Source: Antedon mediterranea
Taxonomy: Eukaryota; Animalia; Echinodermata
DNA length: 64,000 bases
Direction of reading: 5' to 3'
NCBI RefSeq assembly: GCF_964355755.1
Contig: NC_092670.1
Location: 14,990,795-15,054,794 of the forward strand
The position numbers were made by a program, and so were the translations under genes. This document shows, one piece after another, positions 13,141-28,955 of the stretch (the first letter of the stretch is position 1; each line of letters opens with the position of its first letter). The notes under the pieces were generated by a model, which saw only the letters and a program-made list of their open reading frames with translations, was not told the origin of the DNA and searched no databases.

Positions 13141-13925
13141 ACGCCGTGGCTAAAGATACGGTACCGTATTCTAACTTCTGTTTACTAAAGGTACGGTAAA
13201 ATTGCATTATGTCATAACCAGCCAATGGGGTGCTGGTACGTGTGTGACGTCATCGTATAAGGAGTTTGTGGATTTTTTTCATATCGCGAAAACAGTGATC
13301 AACCGCATTTTCTTGATGCTTTATTTATCGCTATTATCGCCGTCGTGTGTGACAAAAACTAAATGTAGCCTACGTCTGTTATTATTATTGAAAAGCCAAA
13401 ACATGTTGATTTTAATTTTAGAATACAGAAAACCGTTTCAAAAGAGGCCTAGGCCTACTTACTACGTACTATAACCTCATTGTATGAGTTTGTTTGTGTA
13501 GAGGGAAAGCGATGCCAGGCTGGGGCCAGCTGCATGTGTGAGCTGATTTCTGTGACTCGTCAGCCCTGGGGCTACTGTCTAAATCATAGCATTTGAGGGC
13601 CCCTTAATTGTCCGCATTTGCTTGTTGTTTATCTTCACCATTGTAAACAAAGTTTAATAAAAAATATAGGCCTAAATAGGCCATTTGGAATAAAAATAAA
13701 ACCCTCATCTGCAGCGCACACACATCCACGCAGCCTGGCGCCGCCGATAGGAATTCTCTACATATATAATACAACAGACGTGATATGAAAAAAAATCCCA
13801 AGTCCTTATACGATGACGTCACACACGTACCAGCACCCCATTGGCTGATTATGACGTAATGCAATTTTACCGTACCTTTAGTAAACAGAAGTTAGAATAC
13901 GGTACCGTATCTTTAGCCACGGCGT
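13141..13925. mobile_element. Non-autonomous DNA transposon with about 147-bp TIRs and a 7-8-bp TSD
   Basis: 13141-13288 is a near-perfect reverse complement of 13779-13925 (ACGCCGTGGCTAAAGATACGGTACCG...); AATAAAA flanks both ends. Confidence 0.9.
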
Positions 13926-14010
13926 AATAAAAAAATGGTCAATAATATCTTATTTTTCTATTATAAACAGCAGTGCCAGTCAGTGTACAGTTGGCCATTA
14001 ATAAGCCATC

Positions 14011-14500
14011 CTAGACTAGGGCTAGGCCTAGATAGACTACAGGCCTCTCTAGCTAGACTCTAGTAACCTAGCCTATAGGTAGCCTAATAATAGGCTAGGC
14101 CTAGGCCAGTATATCCTAGCCTCTCTAGCTAGGCCTGGCTAGAGGCCTAGCCTAGGCCCCTACTAACTAAGTATTAATAATAACCTCTAGGCCTATCCTA
14201 GCTAGTTAGGCTCTGTTTTATTGAAATAAACAAACGAGGCCGATTTACTAGCCTCTAGCTAGGCCTAGCCTAGCCTAGCCTATTTTTACAACCTGGTAAA
14301 GCTTACCTTTAAATAAACAAACTGTAGTGTAAACACGGCCTTAGCCTAGACTTCAGCTAGGCTAGCCGGGTGAGAGTCAAGTTAACAACTGCCGTCTCAC
14401 TGCCCAGAGAGCCGCAATCACAGAATAAAAAGAGGTCCAGTCTGACGTCTAGCCTGGCCTAGCGCTAGACTGTGAATTTATCAATAAGTTCACAACTAGG
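14011..14500. repeat. TAGGCCTA/TAGCCTA/CTAG low-complexity tract
   Basis: Dense non-periodic concatenation of TAGGCCTA, TAGGCTA, TAGCCTA, TAGCTA and TAGACTA words. Confidence 0.85.
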
Positions 14501-14760
14501 CCTATAGTTATATAGTTATAGTGGTACTGTTTTCCTAAAATCTTCAAGCAATTACCAACATTCCTTATTCATCTTTAAATTTGATCAAAGTACTTTGATA
14601 AAGAGTTTTTCGACACCGTGTGTGTTATGATAATGTTGACCTCTCGTGTTTTTCTTTAGCAGTCCCCGTGTGATACAAAAAATGGCCGCTTTACGTCACT
14701 ATGGTATTATGCAAATCAATTAAAGTTGCATAATAATGCGGCACACCAATCAGATCATTC
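14307..14760 (-). promoter_or_regulatory. Probable CATIP 5' non-coding exon and promoter region
   Basis: Minus-strand donor AAG|GTAAGC at 14307/14306. CpG-containing stretch with clustered motifs: AAAATGGCCGC (YY1-like, about 14679), TTACGTCA (CRE-like), ATGCAAAT (octamer), CCAAT (about 14746). TSS not determinable. Confidence 0.4.
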
Positions 14761-17700
14761 AATTAATTCTGCTTAACAATAGTAATACTGTACTTTATTA
14801 TTCTTTTTTATAAATACTAAAAATAGACAGATTACAGAAACATTTATCAAATAAATATACATTTATATTAAGCCTACACATAGACTGTCATGGAGGTTTT
14901 AATTAACATGGTGTCCTGAAATCCTCTGAGAACGCTGTGTTATTTTTGTTTTTTACGCTCTTTATCTCAGCTGCTGGTCTATTATCTGCAAGATGTTTCC
15001 GTATATGAAATTCGTCTATTGTTTATTTTAAATCAATGGTTCCCCAATATGGTGAATAAAGAGAAATAAAGCTGAAAGCTAATCGACATTGAATTGTTTC
15101 AAGTACTTGTAGAGCAAATTTTGTGTTAATTTTCCGTTTATTTGGTTTAAGGTATTATTCATTTTTAGGTCGAAGCATACCGAATGTAACACATTGACAA
15201 GAAAATGCGATGATGCGATCACTTAAACATATGATATAATTTGGTAAAAAAAAAACATAAAAAGGTATTCATTTCAGTACGAATTTCTTATTGAAACTGT
15301 ATACTGTATGTTTTGTAGATAGTTACCATTTTGTAATGTGTGTGTAGGCCTACTAATGTAAATTCTTTGTTAGTTGTCTGAATTATTTTTATTATATTAT
15401 TGATGTTTCTCTACTGAACTACCTTGGAAGTCAATGCTTCAGCACTGAAAATGTCATTCAGTATAAAGAGAATAAATAAATTAATTAATTAATAAATAAG
15501 TGAACGGGACGTAACATCTTTATTCGAACATGCGCATCCGTTTCTTGTTTAGGCTTATAAGTAGGTCTACCGTTTTGTTTTCGACCATTGACACCAGTAG
15601 GGCAGTTTAGATAATTATCACTGAGTATAATGAGAAACAAAATTACATATGTATATAAAAACTAATATACCCGGTTCATTATAGGATATTATAGACTATG
15701 TTAAATACGCGGCGGCACTATAAATTAACCACCGATATTTTGGGTGAGAAATTCCTAAATCATGTGTCTTCCATATTATCTTATATCCTATTTTATCGAA
15801 ATACAACGAACGGTTGTATTTTATATCTGTTCTGGAAAGCGTTGTTGTTATTTACCAAATGATGACTGAAAAGGGTAAACATATTACTTTTGTTTAAATA
15901 CATGACAATAATTGTCTTGTCGAATGAATATGATCTGTAGGCCTATACTCTCCTATATCCAGTTTAAAGTAGCCTTTGCGAAGGTTTCTTAGCACCTGCT
16001 GTGGTGGGTACAGGCATGAATTTTAAATATAATATTTGGTTAATTGTACATAAATCAAATATTTGTAACAGAAATCGAGACGAAAAAAACATGAATTTCC
16101 CTTAATATGGTCAAATACAAAATTTGGCAAAATTCTTCCATAAAAAACAAGAAGACTTTTTTTCAGTAGTTAGGTAGTTAACCTAATGTAATAACATTTC
16201 TGGTGACTCCCTAGACGGTGAAAAAAGATGGGGGATATACGGTGGATAATTTTTGCTTTTGCATGAAAAATAAAAATCTGAAGTTGAATAAAAATATCAG
16301 AAATGTAATATTCAAGTTATATTACCTATATTTAGTCATCTGATAACATTTTTACCACACCGTTTATTTTTAATAGCTTTTAAAAAATGCCTCTCTATTT
16401 ACAAAATGTGTGTACAAAAGAATAGAGATTTTACTGTGTAATTTGAACTATCCCCCCACTGATAAGAAAGTGCTTATTTTCAACAAGCTCGTGTAACACA
16501 AATAAAATCCCAAACAATTATGAAACATAGGGGAAATTATAGATCGATAATTATTTGAATGTATGATCAATAGAAATATTTTGCCCGCACCTGGCCTTTA
16601 AGGCCCTTAGTGATTAAAAAAAAATTATTTCATGTTGTATGTGTATGTAATATAGTAATAGAATGAGACCAAGCCAGTTAAACATGTACCAGTAATAATG
16701 CATAACAATTAAAACATTATGCACATTTGTATTCCGTTATTATTAACGTGAATATATTATTTTGTACCACTTCTATGGTTAAAATTTAAATTTAAAAAGA
16801 GTGTAAATAAAAAAAATAAAAAAGATCTGTTAAAAGAAATAGAGAAAACGAAAGTTCATCATTCAGCAACAAAACCGAAGTCCCTGTTGCTAACAAGCGT
16901 TCGAACTATGAACTTTTCAATGTTTTGAGGGCCAAATTTTCTTTTTTGTAGGCCTACTATTAATGATTGATAATCCGGATCATCCGTAGGCCTCTTAGAA
17001 GAATTCGGCGGACCATGGAAACTAGGCCAGCTATTATACTGTAGTGGTGTTTTCTCCTTTAGGATGGTATATAGTTTCAAAGGAAGTTCAATTATTTCTA
17101 TGCAAATAATAAAACGGTACTATATTTGTCAAAGTTTGTGTCAAAGTAAAAGGTTAAAGTACGTACCCAGATGGTTTAGTAACTATACTGCTTGATAATA
17201 AAAAATGTTATCACACAATTACTTCGCTACGATTGGCTAAATAAACACAATTTCTATATATAAACACATTCATGTATAATATAGTTGGCCTACTCTCTGT
17301 CGTTGTTAACTAAGGTTAGACCAGTTTTATACGGAATTACCAAATCACAAAGTTTTCGTTGATAGTGTATGATAAATACTTTTGAGGTATGTTTTCAAAT
17401 AGGCCTACTTTTTCTTATCTATAGGCCTATATCTTGTAAAATGGCTTAATAGTGGGCCTACGTTGTACGGTGATATTGAAACGAGTTCTTGACTAAATAA
17501 ACGGGACGTTGACAAATGACAAGAATGTTTAAATACAAATAAGCGCAATTATATTTGGCTGCTGGAGGTAAAAGTAAATGGTAAAGTAGGCCTCAATTAT
17601 CCTTCTCAAGCTCAACTAAAAGTGAGGAGGACGTGCAGCGCTTCCACACCGGGAGATGCATTGTCAAGGCAATACGAGTAACACATCTTTACCAATGACA

Positions 17701-17996
17701 TGACACAGTCAATATGGCACAAACAGGCTCAAACCCATGCCATCACAATCTAGTCCGACCCCTTGACATTAAATATATTCTGAGACGGTCTTCCATACAA
17801 GAACGCAACCGGACCCAACGTTGCTGAACTTTGATCTGACCAGAAATGATTTCAGTTTTATTTTGAAATATCATTAGAAAACGTGTTTGCACTTCTTCAT
17901 GGAACCATCGCTGTCAAACATTTCATGATCAATAATATTTCCTAACTATTATTCAAAATACATGTAGGCCTATTTATTTTATAGAAATCCTGCAAA

Positions 17997-20169
17997 ATGG
18001 CAACTGATAAAGGTAACTCTTTTCTAAAGCTCAGTCTACACTATTAAACTTTATGTCACAAAAACATGTGATTTGCCCATATATGGACATGATGATGTAA
18101 TATCAATGCCATATTTGGGTATATCACTACTATAATTGGGCACATCACCTTTTTTTTTCAAACTAGTTTGATAGAGCTTAACTTTCTTGATCAATTTTAA
18201 CAAATACTGTAACAGATTCATTTTCTTGTTTTTCTGATAAACAAGACTGGACCAATCCTGATTGTGTAACTTGGACAGATAATGGACTAAGTGGGTAAGA
18301 AAGGATAACCTCAATGCAATTAGAGATTTTGAGGTTCGTGACAATGACATTTGGCTCGTGACTTACCCGAAGTCAGGTAAGTTCCTTCACAAGACATTAG
18401 TTTATTCAAGTTGCCATTGATAATTCACTGACAACACTAATAATAAAAATTGCAGTCAAGCAAAGTAATGTCCTCCAAGTTGCTCGATTATTCATTTCAC
18501 CCAACACACATTCAATCAAATCCAATATTAAATGATTCCGAACTTGATTCCTTAGGAACAACCTGGATGCAAACTATCATGTCTTTAGTTGCTGTTGAAG
18601 GTGACGAAGAAAAGATCAAAACGACATACTTGGAGAATGTACCATTCATAGAATTGACCTTTTCTCCACACTATTCATTGGTAGGTCTACATCTCACTCT
18701 TCTCGATTCATAAAGACAGAGAGGCATAACTCATTTATCAGTTACAGTAACCTAAACCACGAAGAGCTAGCAAGAGAGATAATGTGATTACTTGATATTT
18801 TTACATTAATGATTATCAATGTTTTCGTTGTTTTTATTACTCCAAAACCAATCAAGATCGACAGCATGCATGCTCTACATACAATTATAGATCAAACTCC
18901 TTCTCCAAGAATGATTAAAACTCACCTTCAAGAAACTGTTAGAGAAGAAACCCAAGGTACTATGAAGGTTGTTTTAGAAATATGTAAAGTAGAAAACGGA
19001 GAGGCTTTTCCTGTCATGGCGAACGTTGTAACTCCTTCCTATCCGGTTTGACAATATTCTTCCTAATCGAATTTAAACATATTATTAAGTTTGCCTTACA
19101 ATTCGGCTGGTATTTATATATTTGTTGATGATTACATTATTTGCATTTGGTTTTCTCAAAAGATCATCTACGTTACCCGAAATCCTAAGGATGTTGCTGT
19201 GTCGTACTTTCACTTTCACACCTACAACCGTAGTTTGCCAAAGTACACAGATTGGAATCTGTTTTACGAAGATTACAAGGAAGAGAACGGTAGGTAAATA
19301 ATGATTGAAGCTATGTGATGCATGTCAATTCAACGTAACCAAATCATTAATCAATGTTATCCCAATTCATTAATAGTTTGCTATGGTTCTTGGTTTCAAC
19401 ATAACCTGTTCTGGTGGAAAAGACGTCATCTTCCAAATGTTCTGTTCTTGAAGTATGAAGACATAAAGAAGGTATGAACAAAACTTTAATTTCCCACACA
19501 AGTAGCAATATTCTTTCAAAATAATAACGATTTGTTTTGTCTTCAGGATCCAAAGATTGCCACTGTTAAAGTTGCTGAATTCATGGGATACAAACTTTCA
19601 GATGATGTTATTGACAAAATTGTTGAAAAATCCAGTTTTAAAAGTATGAAGACCTGTAGTCACCGAGTCCATCCGCCTCCCGAGAAACTATTTCCGATCG
19701 ACATGCATGTTTATAAAGATACATCGTTTTTTAGAAAAGGTAGGAGCCTGATCAGGATCTTGTATAATAGTGACTTCTACATCTAGTGTTGTATAAAGTT
19801 AGAAAAAATGTTATACATTTTTAATAGCTTTCTCGTCCATTTAAAATTATTGTGAGGTAATCAAGCCGTTTCCAACAAATCCAACGACCAAGTGATCCAT
19901 CGTGAAAGCAGGCACAATCTGTCTTCTATGGCGAGGTGGGCGAATTATCAGTTTAAGCTTGATTGATTCAAGTGATGAAAAGAGGTAATGAAGAGGTGTT
20001 CATGATAAAATTGATTCTTGTTTATTATTTACGATAACGATATCTTTTTTTACTACTAGGTGTAATTGACGATTGGAAAAACTACTTTACAGATGCCCAA
20101 AATGAAGAGTATGATAAGATATGCAAAGAAAAACTTAACGGAACTGGACTTTATGATGATTGTGCTTAA
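17997..20169 (+). pseudogene. Cytosolic sulfotransferase (SULT1-like) copy A, frameshifted
   Basis: Eight coding exons (about 17997-18012, 18216-18376, 18556-18680, 18857-18956, 19162-19288, 19377-19471, 19547-19739, 20060-20169) with YPKSGTTW, KTHL and RNPKDVAVS. Relative to copy B: about 10-bp deletion in exon 2 giving an early TAA, a net 20-bp loss in exon 4, and RKGxxGDW changed to RKGVIDDW. Confidence 0.85.
18025..18181. mobile_element. Harbinger-like MITE family A copy in SULT-A intron
   Basis: TAA-AGCTCAGTCTACACTAT ... TTTGATAGAGCT-TAA, opposite orientation to the 5700 copy. Confidence 0.75.
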
Positions 20170-21715
20170 GTAAAGTCAGATGATACATACGATCTTATAG
20201 CTTTGCCAAATAAGTAACAAAATTCATGTGCAGACATGAACTAGCCCTATCACTATATCTTTGTATTTCTTAGTTTGTTGTTATACAATGAATATGTATG
20301 ATGTTTCACGCCATATTATTCTCTTGACCATTAAGATCTTTCATCTGCTATAATCTTTAGAATAATCTTCCACGGGACGGACTATTAAGAAGTGACGGTA
20401 TCAGCGGCAGTTGGCTTCTGTGTAATTTTAGATTATAGATGCACATGACAATACTGTACAAACAATGAAGCAGTGCACTCTCGTAAATAAAAAGTTTGAA
20501 TATAGCTTAAATGTTAGGGTTTACACATCTACTCGAAACACGCCCCACTCCCCATTCCTTAATTATTATTAATAATGATGCTCGATACCTTCTGTAACAA
20601 ATAGTAATTAGGCCTAACATATTCTTAGTAAAGTACTAAAGTGTGTACACTGTATAGTTAAGTACATGGCACAATAATACAGGCATGTATCGCCAACCAT
20701 GTATAAACAAAATAAACACATACAACGTGCGTGAACTATTATCTTTTCCTTAATTTTCTCATACAGGAATTCTTCGATTGCCTAAACAATAAAAGAATTT
20801 TCAACCACTTTAGATTGTAACAACTGTTTTGAAAGTTCGATCAGGGTTGACCATAATTCCACGTGCATTTATTATCTAATCTACTCGTGGACTGCAAATT
20901 AAAGTTTAAACGTACGTGTATATATATAAAGGAATATAGAATGAACCGAAGTACTTTTATTGATATTAGTATAATCATGACATAGCTAAAGCCAGTCTAA
21001 ATAAATATTTAAACAATGTTATCGGGTCAAACTGCTCTCAGATAAAAAGTGCGACTATAGATCGGTTTATGCACCTTGCTCATGTTATATTACATTATTA
21101 TATGTATTCAATAGCCGTTGGTAGTACTGTACTTCTTGGAAAACCAGTAACGGTAGGCCTATACTTTCTATCTTTAAACAAACATAAAATATTTCAATAA
21201 ATGATATTCTTATTACTGTACTACACGAATAATGCAGGGTTAAACCTATATCGACGATAATAGTGTCTGGCATTGAGCCAGGCCCTACAAAGAGAGGATG
21301 GATGATCACAATTGGTTCGTTGATTCCTGTGTCACAATGAATTGTCTTAACCCCGGAATGTCGGTCTTCTGTGATACTATAAGCATTTCATTCACCATCC
21401 TTTAATAAACAACCTATAACCTAATTTCTAAATAAATAAAAATGCAATTTATATGATAAGTTTCTAATGGGTACAGGATGATTACGTCAGAGCCTAGGTG
21501 CAACAGAATGAAAGTTATCTTCCCGCTATAGCAGGCTATGTTTCTCGATCCTTGGAATGTGGAAGAGTATTTGTTTGCTAGATCTTCCTCTTGAATGATT
21601 ATCAATACTTGCATCATAACCTCTTCAATTCAATTAGCAACTTTATACTTATCTTACTACTCTGCATTTTATACATCAATTTTTAATGTATTATATTATT
21701 ATATGTATTCAATAG

Positions 21716-22728
21716 TATGTGAAGCTTAGCCCAACAGTATGTTCTGATGTTAGTGTTTCCAATACAGGTGCGCCACAAGGCACTGTATTAGCCCCTTTTT
21801 TGTTTACCTTGTATACAAGTGATTATAGATCTAAATATGATTCTTGCCCAGTTGTACGATTTGCTGACGATACGGCGATGATTGGCTTGATTCAGAAGGA
21901 CGATTGCACTTCATATTTAAATGAGATTAATAATTTGTAAAATATAGTATTGATAACTTTTTAGAATTGAATGTTGAAAAAACAAAGGAAATGATTATAG
22001 ATTTTAAAAAGAAAACGAATAAATGTGATCTAGTTGACATAATGGGTAGACAAATTCAGAGGGTGGAAACATATAAATATCTGGGGGTTGTATTTAACAA
22101 TAAATTGACGTGGAGTAACCACTTGGATCTCGTTATGAAGAAAGTAAATACTAGAATGTACTGTTTAAGACAATTAAACAAGTTCAGTGTAAATAATAAT
22201 ATTTTGATTACATTCTATCAGTCTATTATTGTTGGGGTTTGGAAATATTGTATTGCAGGGTGGGGTGGAAATGTTAAAGAGGGAGATAAGGGTAGAATTG
22301 ATTGTGTGGTAAGAAGGGTTGAGAGGATGTCTGGTTTGTGTCAGCAGTCGGTGGATTCAGTTTATTGCGAGAACCTGGACAGGCTTTTTGGGATGGTGTT
22401 GAGGGATGAAAGTCATCCTGTGAATTCCGATTTAGGCAGTCTCAGGAGTGTTCGTAGTGGAAGATTGCGATCCGCGGCTGCTGACACAAACCGATATCTT
22501 TTCTCCTTTCTGCCCACAGGTATCAGGAGACATCAGCGACATTCATCCAGATGAGCACCATGAAATAATATGTAATAATATGTTCTTGTTGTGAGTTTTT
22601 AATATTGGTATTGTTGTATTGTCATGTTATTTTATATATTGTAATTATGATGTATTTGAAGACGAGCAATGTAAATTTTCTCCTTGTGGGAACGAATAAA
22701 GATTATACTTGATACTTGATACTTGATA
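21716..22728 (+). mobile_element. 5'-truncated Rex1/L2-group LINE (RT C-terminal half), frameshifted
   Basis: GAPQGTVLAPFLFTLYT and FADD RT motifs (21719-21940), break at about 21940-21966, then LNVEKTKEMIIDF..YKYLGV..TNRYLFSFLP to stop 22554; AATAAA then (TACTTGA)n tail. Ends about 25 bp before the SULT-B ATG-exon acceptor. Confidence 0.88.
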
Positions 22729-22773
22729 ATCAAATTAACATGTTATGTTTCAGAAACTCCGTGAACAACCAAC

Positions 22774-25402
<2,629 letters not shown>

Positions 25403-26750
25403 ATAAAATTATTATTCAACCGTTGTTCCTTGAAATATATTAATTAATAGCAACAATGAGTTTATATACAATATATATAGCAGTTTATGTTGATGATCAT
25501 TTTATAACTGATGAGGTACGGTAACTAGTAGAAATGTACCTCTGTGGTAAAAACTTATTACAGATTACATTAGTATGGCAAATTGTATAGCCAATGGCTA
25601 AGTGATAATGTTTGCGTCTCTCTATCATAGTATTAATAAAATGATAAATGAATGGATCGGAAATTACAATAAAAATAAGATATAATAATAATATCACAGC
25701 TTGCTGATGATAACATTATGCTTATTGTTTGCAATAATAGTTTTAGTGATATTTGTTAAATTTACAATCTACAATTCATCGAGAACAATACTTTGAATGT
25801 TCAGAAAAAAAAAAGATAAACCTTAAATTGGTCGATAAAATAAAATGATTATTTGACAAACGAATTCCTTTCCACATTTTGAATGTGAATATAATATGAA
25901 ACAATGTTACAGAATAATGGTGTAGTATATTGACATTGTAGATAAGGTATTAAAGAATGTCATTATGACACAGCTAAAATTGCTGTTAATATTTAAACAA
26001 CTTTATCAGTTCAAACCACTGCTAATAAAAGTCCAAGTTGACACTGTTTATGCACATTATATTCATATTCATATTCATTTATTATCCAGAAAAAATAATA
26101 CAAAAACAATACAAAAAGCATAAATAACATAGAACAACAACAAGCAGAGAAAAAGCGCAGAACACTATCCTGGCGGATTGTCAAAAAGCAAAAAATATCG
26201 CTATAAAAGACTCTCCTGATAGTGCTCGTGGCAAAATAACATTAACAAGGATAAACATTTAACAACCCGGTAACATAGAATTTATATAAAACAGAATAAA
26301 AATTGCAATCATTATAAATAAACATTATGGTTCACGTTGTATAATTTTTACAAGTACAGTTTTCAGCAGACGTGGTAGGTATCGAATTTTCTTAGTAGAA
26401 CAGGAATAGTAAAGGTAGGTCGTTTCGCATCCAACATAAATTCACCACACGATTAATAGAAACGAAGGGTAAGATTATTGGCGCGCTTGCAAGTCTGTAC
26501 TGTTGTACAGATCGGACAGATAGATTATAACGTGTCGTGTCTTCCACACACCATGTTTAAACTAACATGTAAATGTAAATGGAAGAATAACCCGTGACTT
26601 GCAGCCTACTGGGTTGAATTGCGCACAGATGTGGACGACACATACCACAACTTTCTACGCCCCTAAGGGTCCCTTCGTGTCGAGTGATGCCACCAAACGG
26701 CACTCGTTCGTCTGCCCACAACGACAGGGGTTGAATGGACCAGTACACCG

Positions 26751-26784
<34 letters not shown>

Positions 26785-27002
26785 TGGAGTAAACAATTAT
26801 TTATTTCTTTATTCTGATATAAAATCAATAGGATAAATACACAAAAAAGTACCGAGACGGCAAACTTATTTCCATTGTGGTTAACCCCCTACTCTGCTGA
26901 ACGATGTACTGGGTGCCAGACACACGAGCCAGATGTGTACACTAGATCTCCAGTGTTAAGTCCTCATCCGAGAAGACTCGTTCAACCACCAGAACAATGG
27001 TC

Positions 27003-27371
27003 TGATTGATTGATTTTATTCGATATTCATACATAAAAGTTAAAATATACAATGTATAAAAAGAATACCTGGATAACCCATTAAGTCGACAAAAAAGTAA
27101 ACTTATTTCCAATGGGGTCCAATCCGTAATGACTGAAAAGTGAGTGGTTGGGCCTAGTACAATTATCATTAAGTATGACTCAGTAAAAATGAAAAAAACA
27201 AGAAAATACATACAAGACAAGATAACATCAAAAAAACAATTAAAAATAACTTAATTAAACTGAAATTCCAAGCTGTTCATTATTAAAATATTCTTTAAGC
27301 TTTATTTTGAAGGTTGCATTCTTTTGTATTGATTTGAGTGAATTGGGGAGCCTGTTCCAGTCACGGATACC
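27003..27371 (-). mobile_element. CR1/L2-group LINE 3' fragment
   Basis: Minus strand reads GIRDWNRLPNSLKSIQKNATFKIKLKEYF, then a 3' UTR, AATAAA and an (ATCA)n tail. Confidence 0.7.
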
Positions 27372-28034
27372 TAAGAAATAAAAAATCGTATCATTAACGC
27401 CAGTAGCCATAGGAGTGACAAAATTAAATGTTGTACCCCTGGTCGACGAGTGACTTGAACCTGTGCCGATTGTTTGCGACGGCGCCCCTGCTTTAACCGC
27501 TTAATTCGACACAAAAACAGTAACTCAGTTTTATACCTTAACTCTAAAAGCTGATAATCTTTAAGATAAGGATAATAAAACACTTCCAAATAATACATAT
27601 ACGGATGAAATTGATTCAGTGTCTCTTCCTAAATGTTTGATTTTGTTTTTACTCGGGGTACCCTTGAGAGTCTAGGACTCATTTTCTCCTCCTCCATCTG
27701 GACACTATTGAGTAAAAAGTGCGATTTATAAAGTACTACTCCTCCCTTATTCGTTGTAGTATTGAGTTGGGATTTGGCATGAATATACTACAGGGACATG
27801 TACTCAAATCTATGAGCCGGATTTTTAAATTTTAAACCGGATGCAGCCATATCACGTATCGAAGACGGTATCGTATAGACGTATTTGGTAGCGACGTTAT
27901 TGTATGTTATTGTATTGTATGTGATGTCACATCCCGTCTTATGACGTCATTACAGCTTCTTTTGCTGTACTCGAGTATCGCACATTCGTGCCTTTTTGTT
28001 AATTAATTTGTTAAATTCAGATGCCACAATGTGT

Positions 28035-28107
28035 AACTTCGTGGTGTAGTGGTTATCACGTCTGCTTAACACGCAGAAGGTCCCCGGTTCAAGCCCGGGC
28101 AAAACCT
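28035..28107 (+). tRNA. tRNA-Val(AAC)-like, probably a pseudogene (acceptor stem mispaired)
   Basis: Intact D arm, anticodon arm TCTGC-TTAACAC-GCAGA, T arm CCCGG-TTCAAGC-CCGGG, oligo-T terminator. Acceptor strands AACTTCG / CAAAACC pair poorly. Confidence 0.7.
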
Positions 28108-28906
28108 ATTTTTTTTAACTTTATGGTGAAAAGTACTGTATACACAATATGATATACAGTATATCTTATTTTTATTATTTTTTTACGCTGCTGCTCTAGC
28201 CCGCTACGTCACAAGAGATGACGTAATCAGATATAAAGCAAGCTGCAATTCTAGTACTACATTTTTGCGAAAATGCATACTCCACTATAATTTATAGGTC
28301 CCAGCTGCTAGACCCAAAAAAACGTCTGGGAAAAGAGTCTAACAGTTGAATGACAAATCCCAAAGCATTTCTGGTATTTATGAGTCCCATGATATTATAT
28401 AATACTGTAATTCGCTGTCAGATAATCATTGAATTATTATCAAGACAGTCCATGAAAGTTTTTGTTTGTACTAAAGTGACAGAAATTGAGTCTGTGTTTC
28501 ATATCAAAGTTAGTCACTTCTGTAACAAAAAAAATAATATTTATTCACATATAAAAAGAGAAAAGAAACGTTTAATTATAACTCAAAAACCATTGTCTGA
28601 CAGACAATTTAAGTATTTTTTGCTTTAAATTACATTTTTTCAGGTAAAATAACTATTATGCGATAATAAGATGACACATTCAAAAACAAATTTGAAATAA
28701 AAAATATTTTTAGAGGTACAATATATCTTTAAAACTGTTACGTCAATAAGCGAGCAGCGTTTTTTGTAAAAAAATAGTTCTTGTTAAATACTTATTTTGT
28801 GTAATCGGTAATTATCCCTTTTACCTTGCTTTGTGCTTATAACCATATTTATTTGTAATTTAAATGGATTAAAAAAACTTTGTGTAACCCACATTTTGGT
28901 GTAAGA

Positions 28907-28955
28907 GGTTTCGTAGTGTAGTGGTTATCACGTCTGCTTAACACGCAGAAGGTCC
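28907..28955 (+). pseudogene. 3'-truncated tRNA-Val(AAC) fragment
   Basis: GGTTTCGTAGTGTAGTGGTTATCACGTCTGCTTAACACGCAGAAGGTCC, ends before the T arm. Confidence 0.8.

Noticed and set aside
13202-13864. Two similar ORFs (MHYVI.SQWGAGTCV) suggesting a duplicated gene
   Set aside because: They are the two arms of one inverted-repeat element read on opposite strands.
28035-28107. Functional tRNA-Val gene
   Set aside because: Acceptor stem largely unpaired and embedded in a repeat; kept only as a probable pseudogene.
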